From an uncultured Novosphingobium sp. (GTDB lineage Bacteria; Pseudomonadota; Alphaproteobacteria; Sphingomonadales; Sphingomonadaceae), in assembly GCA_964520765.1 (NCBI GenBank), contig CAZFPW010000001.1:11876-75875 (forward strand): a DNA stretch of 64,000 nt, written 5' to 3'. A program made the translations under genes and the position numbers. Shown piece by piece: positions 58,652 through 64,000 of the stretch (the first letter of the stretch is position 1; each line of letters opens with the position of its first letter). A model generated the notes under the pieces. The model saw only the letters and a list, made by a program, of their open reading frames with translations. It made no database searches and was not told where the DNA came from.

Positions 58652-58975
58652 ATGACAACGCCAGAAACCACCGAAGCGAAGCTGGAAGCCCTGGCGCGCG
58701 ATCCGCGCTTCGAGCAGGCAGTGCGGCGGCGCGCCCGGTTCGGCTGGCTTCTGACTGCCGCGATGCTCGCCATCTACTTCGGCTACATCCTCCTGATCGC
58801 CTTCCGTCGCGACATCCTTGCCCGCCCGATCGGCGACGGAGTAACCTCGCTGGGCATCCCGGTGGGCATCGGGGTGATCGTGGCCGGGATCGCGTTCACG
58901 GGCATCTACGTGTGGCGGGCAAACAAGCGGTTCGATCCCGAACTCGAGGCCCTGCGCGAGGAGCACGGGCCGTGA
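58652..58975 (+). CDS. yjcH: DUF485 / YjcH-like membrane protein
   Basis: DPRF...[24 protein letters not shown]; directly precedes actP. Confidence 0.88.
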   Translation: MTTPETTEAKLEALARDPRFEQAVRRRARFGWLLTAAMLAIYFGYILLIAFRRDILARPIGDGVTSLGIPVGIGVIVAGIAFTGIYVWRANKRFDPELEALREEHGP

Positions 58976-60666
58976 GGGCGGCGATGGCCGCACCGCTGGC
59001 CTTCTTCCCGACCACCGCCTGGGCCGATGCGATTGCCGGGCAGACCGATCAGCAGACCGCGAACCTGCCCGCTATCGCCATGTTCGCCCTCTTCGTGCTG
59101 GCGACTTTATGGATCACGCGTTGGGCGGCGAAACGGGTGCGCTCCGCCTCGGATTTCTATACCGCCGGCGGCGGGATCACCGGCTTCCAGAACGGGCTCG
59201 CCATCGCCGGGGACTATATGTCGGCGGCCAGCTTCCTGGGCATCTCGGCGCAGATCTTCGCCGATGGCTACGACGGATTGATCTATTCGACCGGCTTCCT
59301 GGTCGGCTGGCCGATCATCCTGTTCCTGCTTGCCGAGCGGCTGCGCAACCTCGGGCGCTATACCTTCGCCGACGTCGCCAGCTTCCGCTTTGCCCAGCCG
59401 CCGGTACGGCTGTTCGCCGCGTTCAGCACCTTGGCGGTCGTCCTGTTCTATCTGATCGCCCAGATGGTCGGCGCCGGTCAGCTCATCAAGCTGCTGTTCG
59501 GCCTGTCCTATGGCCACGCCGTGCTGATCGTCGGCGTGCTGATGACCTGCTACGTGCTGTTCGGCGGGATGATCGCGACGACCTGGGTGCAGATCGTCAA
59601 GGCGGTGCTGCTGCTCGGTTGCGCCAGCTTCATGGCCTTCTCGGTCCTGCTAAGCTTCGGCTTCTCGCCCGAAGCGCTGTTCGCCAAGGCGGTTTCGGTC
59701 AAGACAGACCTCGCCTCGGCCGCTGGCGCCGATCCGGCGGCGGCGGCCGAGAAGGGCAGCGCGATCATGGGGCCCGGCGGCTTCATCAAGGACCCGATCT
59801 CGGCGATATCGTTCGGCATGGCGCTGATGTTCGGCACCGCCGGCCTGCCGCACATCCTGATGCGCTTCTTCACCGTCCCTGACGCCAAGGAGGCGCGCAA
59901 GTCGGTGCTCTGGGCAACGGGTTGGATCGGCTACTTCTACCTGCTGACCTTCGTGATCGGCTTCGGCGCGATCACCCTGGTCGCGACCAACCCGGACTTC
60001 CTGGCCCCCGACGGGTCCCTGCGCGGCGGCGGCAACATGGCCGCAATCCATCTCGCCTCGGCAATCGGCGGCGACCTGTTCCTCGGCTTCGTCAGCGCGG
60101 TTGCCTTTGCCACGATCCTCGCGGTGGTGGCCGGGCTGACCCTGTCGGGCGCGTCGGCGGTTAGCCACGACATCTACGCCTCAGTGATGAAGCGCGGCCG
60201 GGCGAAGTCCGCCGACGAGCTCAGGATCTCGCGCTGGACCGTGCCGGCCATAGCGGCATGCGCGATCCTGCTGGGCATCGCCTTCGAGAAGCAGAACGTC
60301 GCCTTCATGGTCAGCCTGGCCTTCGCCATCGCCGCCTCGGGCAATTTCCCGGTCCTGCTGATGTCGGTGCTGTGGAAGGGCTGCACGACCCGCGGCGCGG
60401 TCATCGGCGGGACCGTGGGCGTGCTCCTCGCGCTGGCGCTGACCGTGCTCTCACCGGCGATCTGGGTCGGCGTGCTGGGCCATGCCGCGCCGATCTACCC
60501 CTTCAGCTCGCCGACGATCTTCTCGATGCCGCTGGCCTTCGCAACGATCTGGCTGATTTCGCTGCTCGACAGGAGCCCACGCGCCACGACCGATCGCGAG
60601 GGCTTTGCCGCGCAGCGAGTGCGGTCGGAAACCGGCATCGGCGCATACGCGGCCAGCGAGCATTGA
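58972..60666 (+). CDS. actP: Cation/acetate symporter ActP (SSS family)
   Basis: [53 protein letters not shown] overlap with yjcH. Confidence 0.93.
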   Translation: MRAAMAAPLAFFPTTAWADAIAGQTDQQTANLPAIAMFALFVLATLWITRWAAKRVRSASDFYTAGGGITGFQNGLAIAGDYMSAASFLGISAQIFADGYDGLIYSTGFLVGWPIILFLLAERLRNLGRYTFADVASFRFAQPPVRLFAAFSTLAVVLFYLIAQMVGAGQLIKLLFGLSYGHAVLIVGVLMTCYVLFGGMIATTWVQIVKAVLLLGCASFMAFSVLLSFGFSPEALFAKAVSVKTDLASAAGADPAAAAEKGSAIMGPGGFIKDPISAISFGMALMFGTAGLPHILMRFFTVPDAKEARKSVLWATGWIGYFYLLTFVIGFGAITLVATNPDFLAPDGSLRGGGNMAAIHLASAIGGDLFLGFVSAVAFATILAVVAGLTLSGASAVSHDIYASVMKRGRAKSADELRISRWTVPAIAACAILLGIAFEKQNVAFMVSLAFAIAASGNFPVLLMSVLWKGCTTRGAVIGGTVGVLLALALTVLSPAIWVGVLGHAAPIYPFSSPTIFSMPLAFATIWLISLLDRSPRATTDREGFAAQRVRSETGIGAYAASEH

Positions 60667-60809
60667 AGACTGGCCTATGCTCGTCCCACCACGGGCTAAG
60701 CGTGGCCTCACGTTCGCTGAACGGCAGCGCCGCCCCATGAAACTCAACCGACCTGCGGATAGGAACGCTTCACCGCAATCCGGCATCGAACCGCGTATAA
60801 ATTCAAAAG

Positions 60810-61140
60810 CGAGGGTATTTTTGAGGGTATAAATACATGCTGCGTTGCAGCATTTACATTGTTTTCTGTAGGTTGAGTTCGTTCTTCGATTCCGTCCCCG
60901 GCACCATTGCCTCTTTCCAGCAACATCCAGAGGCGGCCAGAGGCGTCTATAAAATGGCAAAAATCCGCCATTCTTGACACTCCCAAAGCCAGCACAATCC
61001 TCGGCCGTCTAGTTGCAGCCGGTCCATTAGATGGCAGATTTGATGGTATGCGATTTCCCGCCACGAGTGAGATACCATCATGCCCTTTACCGTTACTGCT
61101 ATAAATGCTGCAAAATCAAAGGCTAGACCCTACAAAGATC
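60810..61140 (+). mobile_element. att-like site with a stub of a P4-type tyrosine integrase
   Basis: GAGGGTAT twice; tRNA-3'-like TTCGATTCCGTCCCCGGCACCA (60885-60906); TGATGGTAT...ATACCATCA; ORF start MPFTVTAINAAKSKARPYK at 61080. Confidence 0.65.
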
Positions 61141-61261
61141 AAAACACCGATCGCGCCGAGTGTGCCGGCGGTGATATAGTAGCCCAGCCAACGGTTTCTT
61201 CGCTCCGACGGCAAGGCGACGCCAGAGCAAATCATGCTGGTTTTGGCACCAGCCAAAATGC

Positions 61262-61657
61262 TTATGCCGTCTCGATGTCTGTCTGCGGAAAATCGTCGCC
61301 CTTGTAGAGCAGCGGAACACCCGCATGGCGGGCACAGGCATAAGCGAAGCAATCGCCAAAATTCAGCTCTGCCGGATGCCGCGACTTGCCATATCTGTCG
61401 AACGCATCGATCGCGATATGACGCACGGCCGGGTCCACTGCGATCACATCGATACCAGCAAGTTTCAAAAACTGCTCAACGGCTGTCGCCGCCTCCTGGA
61501 CGGACAGTGCCAGAATCCGCGCGATCGCAATGGTCGTCTCCCAGATCGCGAGCGGCGATGTGACGCGCGATCGACTCTTATCCAAGCGCGCCAGGAGTTC
61601 GGGGCCATCAGCCTCGTCGGCGAGGATCGCAGTCAAGGCAGAAGCGTCTACGAACAT
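61262..61657 (-). CDS. vapC: Type II toxin VapC (PIN domain)
   Basis: MFVDASAL, LNFGDCFAYA, LLYKGDDF. Confidence 0.93.
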   Translation of the reverse strand: MFVDASALTAILADEADGPELLARLDKSRSRVTSPLAIWETTIAIARILALSVQEAATAVEQFLKLAGIDVIAVDPAVRHIAIDAFDRYGKSRHPAELNFGDCFAYACARHAGVPLLYKGDDFPQTDIETA

Positions 61658-61902
61658 CAATCATCACCGTAGAGGCTATCGATGAAGGTCTTGTCGACCG
61701 GCTTGCCCCTTGCAGGATTGGCGCGACGATGCAGCGCCTGGACAAACGCTATGCCCTGCTCGACGAGAGATTTTTCAGCTCCCTCACGCTCCAACTCGTG
61801 AATGAGAGCCCGCCGCACGGCTTCGGTCTTGCTGACGCGATGCAGCATGGCCACGCGTTGCGCGAGGCGATCGACATCCGCATCCCTTACGTAAAGGGCC
61901 AT
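61657..61902 (-). CDS. vapB: Type II antitoxin VapB
   Basis: MALYVRDADVDRLA...SKTEAVRRAL; overlaps the vapC start. Confidence 0.88.
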   Translation of the reverse strand: MALYVRDADVDRLAQRVAMLHRVSKTEAVRRALIHELEREGAEKSLVEQGIAFVQALHRRANPARGKPVDKTFIDSLYGDD

Positions 61903-62007
61903 GAATATACTCCTTGGATATGAGATATACCAATTCCATATTCTGCTTTCAAGGCATATCGAGCAGGGCGACCCAGCGGGACCCATTTGGCAATGCCCTC
62001 GCATCAA

Positions 62008-62031
62008 TTCCGCCTGGATTTCCGCCTGGAT
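62008..62031. repeat. Tandem 12-bp repeat TTCCGCCTGGAT x2, possible integrase arm-type sites
   Basis: Exact direct repeat about 100 bp from the tRNA fragment. Confidence 0.55.
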
Positions 62032-62127
62032 TTTTTCTTGATCTCCTTCAGAGATCGAGTAGAGTCGAGAAATCCGCAGATTTCTGCGGCTTTTGGAAGC
62101 GCTGAGGCGGTGCCAGAACAAGTAATG

Positions 62128-62177
62128 CTGGTTTTTGGTACCGGCATTCGCAGGTTCGAATCCTGCCACCCCAGCCA
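62128..62177 (+). pseudogene. tRNA-Gln(TTG) 3' fragment (att core or pseudo-tRNA)
   Basis: Anticodon arm CTGGT-TTTTGGT-ACCGG, T arm GCAGG-TTCGAAT-CCTGC, CACCCCA-G-CCA; 5' acceptor strand and D arm do not pair properly. Confidence 0.85.
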
Positions 62178-62381
62178 TAAAATCATTTTAAAACAACATC
62201 TTATGGAATAATTTCGAGATCGCCACCCAAGGCCGTTCGACATTTGATCTCATTCGCAGCAATTGTGACGTGTCGGTAGTGCCACGCGTTCGAGCCCTCA
62301 CGGTTAATCGGCCGCGAGGATTCTATAGGTGCGGAATCTTTGCCTGAGAATCTTGCGATGCAGCGCCGCCAGGGACGCCGG

Positions 62382-63947
62382 TCAGGCCACGGTCGGTTGT
62401 CCGGCCTGTGCCGACCAGACGCTGTCCCGCGGCCCCGCTTTCGCGCGGCGCCGAGCGGCCAAGGCCATGAGCGCAAACGCAATTGCCCCGATGATCGCCA
62501 CGGCATCGACCAGCAATGTCGATCCGCCATGATTCCAGCCGCCGACGAGCGAGGCGAGCGGAATGAGCGCGGTTGCAAATGATGCGGTCCAGGCCAGTTC
62601 GGAACCGCTGCGAGCCGCCCCGCGCAGCACTGCCCAACCAACCGCGGCAACGAACGCCGCGTAATAGATTCGGCTGTGCCATGCGGCGCCGGCCAGATCG
62701 ACGGGCATGACTTTCGCCGCGGCGATCGTGATGGAGATGCCGGCTACGCAGCCGAGCGGCACGCCAACGGTCAGGGCGCCGAGAATTCGCGTCGCTCGCG
62801 TCTGCTCGACCGCTCCTCCCTTGCGCTCCTTCTTCCGCCGGCTTTCGATCCAGAGCAGGTTGCCGGAGTAGAACAGGAAGGCGCCGGCAAGGCCCAGGAA
62901 GAAATACGCCCAGCGCACCGGGGCCCCGCCGTAGTTGCCGAAGTGCAGCGCGAAGAAGCTCGATATCGTCGCGAACCATCCGCCCTGCTTGCCCGGCAGG
63001 TAATCGGCCACTGCGATCTCACCCGTCACGGTATTGACCTCGCCCAAGCCGAAGGTCGCCCCCCGCAGGCCATAGCGGGGGTCACTGCCCTGGACATGGC
63101 CGTGGGGGCCTTCCTCGGGGTTCGTCTCGTAGCTGACGCCGTGGATCACGAAGCCGGGCATCTGCTGCTCGATCTGGCGGACCAGCTCGGCTGGCGACAG
63201 CACCTCTCCCGCGTTCGGCGGGCCGTGCTCTTCCTCGGCCTTGGCGGCCTGGACCGTGCCCACCTTCTGCACGGCGCGCTGGACGTCGTAGATCTGGTCG
63301 TGGAAGGCGAAGATCACCGCGGTCAGCGCCATGACGATGTGGAAGGGCAAGCTGAACAGGCCCAGCACGTTGTGCAGATCGAGCCACATACGCTTGAGGT
63401 TCCTGCCGAAGCGCAAGGCGAACAGGTCCTTGATCAGGCTGGGCAGCAGGCAGATCACGCCGGAGACGAGCGCGACCGCATAGAGCAGCGCGATAATGCC
63501 CATGATCGGCATTGCCACCTCGTGGCCGAACGGCAGGCCGACCTGCTGGTGCAGCACGTCGATCAGCTGGGCGACCTCCGAGGGCTTGCGAGTCGAGACC
63601 TCCAGCGATCCGTCCGCTGCGAGGCTCGCATAATAGGTGATGCCGGGATCGCGCCGGTTGCCCGTGCTCCAACTCACTCGAGCCGGCTGCTCGGGGCCGG
63701 TGATCAGGTTGACCCGGTAGTTCTTGCGTGCCTCGGGATGGGCGGAGAGCACCTTCTCGATCAGCTCCGGCGTGCGTTCCAGCGAAGGCGGGGCGGAGAG
63801 TTCGGGCGGCGGCGACGCCCAGCGCTGCAGCGGCCCCTCGAACATCGTGATCGCGCCGGCATAGAACGCGATGAACAAGGCCAAGCCGGAGATGATGCCG
63901 ACCCAGCTGTGGATGTCCTTGTAGGTGCGAACGATATCGGTGCGCAT
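62382..63947 (-). CDS. PepSY-associated TM helix domain protein
   Basis: HSWVGI, DLHNVLG, ALHFGNYGG; several TM helices. Confidence 0.9.
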   Translation of the reverse strand: MRTDIVRTYKDIHSWVGIISGLALFIAFYAGAITMFEGPLQRWASPPPELSAPPSLERTPELIEKVLSAHPEARKNYRVNLITGPEQPARVSWSTGNRRDPGITYYASLAADGSLEVSTRKPSEVAQLIDVLHQQVGLPFGHEVAMPIMGIIALLYAVALVSGVICLLPSLIKDLFALRFGRNLKRMWLDLHNVLGLFSLPFHIVMALTAVIFAFHDQIYDVQRAVQKVGTVQAAKAEEEHGPPNAGEVLSPAELVRQIEQQMPGFVIHGVSYETNPEEGPHGHVQGSDPRYGLRGATFGLGEVNTVTGEIAVADYLPGKQGGWFATISSFFALHFGNYGGAPVRWAYFFLGLAGAFLFYSGNLLWIESRRKKERKGGAVEQTRATRILGALTVGVPLGCVAGISITIAAAKVMPVDLAGAAWHSRIYYAAFVAAVGWAVLRGAARSGSELAWTASFATALIPLASLVGGWNHGGSTLLVDAVAIIGAIAFALMALAARRRAKAGPRDSVWSAQAGQPTVA

Positions 63948-63954
63948 GGTCGCT

Positions 63955-64000
63955 TCAGCTCATGAGGGCACGGATGCCGGCGTAGAGCGCCCAGGCGATC
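63955..64000 (-). CDS. C-terminus of a probable small membrane protein (partial)
   Basis: IAWALYAGIRALMS-stop, 7 bp before the PepSY-TM start. Confidence 0.5.
   Translation of the reverse strand, partial: IAWALYAGIRALMS

Noticed and set aside
61080..61307. Functional integrase
   Set aside because: Only about 19 residues resemble an integrase N-terminus; there is no catalytic domain
62103..62177. Functional full-length tRNA-Gln
   Set aside because: The acceptor stem has two mismatches (TGAGGCG versus CACCCCA), the D arm does not pair and the conserved GG is missing
61903..62178. N-terminal extension of the 173-aa VapB ORF
   Set aside because: MAGVAGFEPANAGTKN is the antisense translation of the tRNA fragment; the real start is ATG at 61902 with an AAGGAG RBS

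Overview
GC-rich alphaproteobacterial DNA. A Sphingomonadales (Novosphingobium-like) source is inferred from gene content only. Positions 1 to about 60.7 kb form one large accessory catabolic region dominated by exported hydrolases: 6 tannase/feruloyl-esterase-family genes, 4 HSL-type alpha/beta hydrolases, a type-B carboxylesterase, GH51 and GH106 glycosidases, and 3 paralogous His-rich LVIVD-like beta-propeller proteins of unknown function. It also carries 2 TonB-dependent receptors, 2 acyl-CoA synthetases, 2 nitroreductases, 2 ABM proteins, a P450, 3 SDRs, a PQQ quinohemoprotein dehydrogenase, a Tat-exported Mo-oxidoreductase, YjcH-ActP and a Cys-type UGSC-like gene pair. The region splits into two paralogous halves, with a decayed copy of the actP 3' end at about 21.7 kb between them. 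The right half has nine intergenic copies of a 14-bp palindrome (CCCCCA-NN-TGGGRG), probably the regulon of the resident LuxR-type regulator. The left half has GntR-like and TetR-like operators instead. The right end shows island-border features: an att-like tRNA 3' fragment with an integrase stub, vapBC, and a tRNA-Gln 3' fragment, followed by a PepSY-TM gene. No CRISPR array or rRNA was seen. The substrate cannot be determined from sequence alone.
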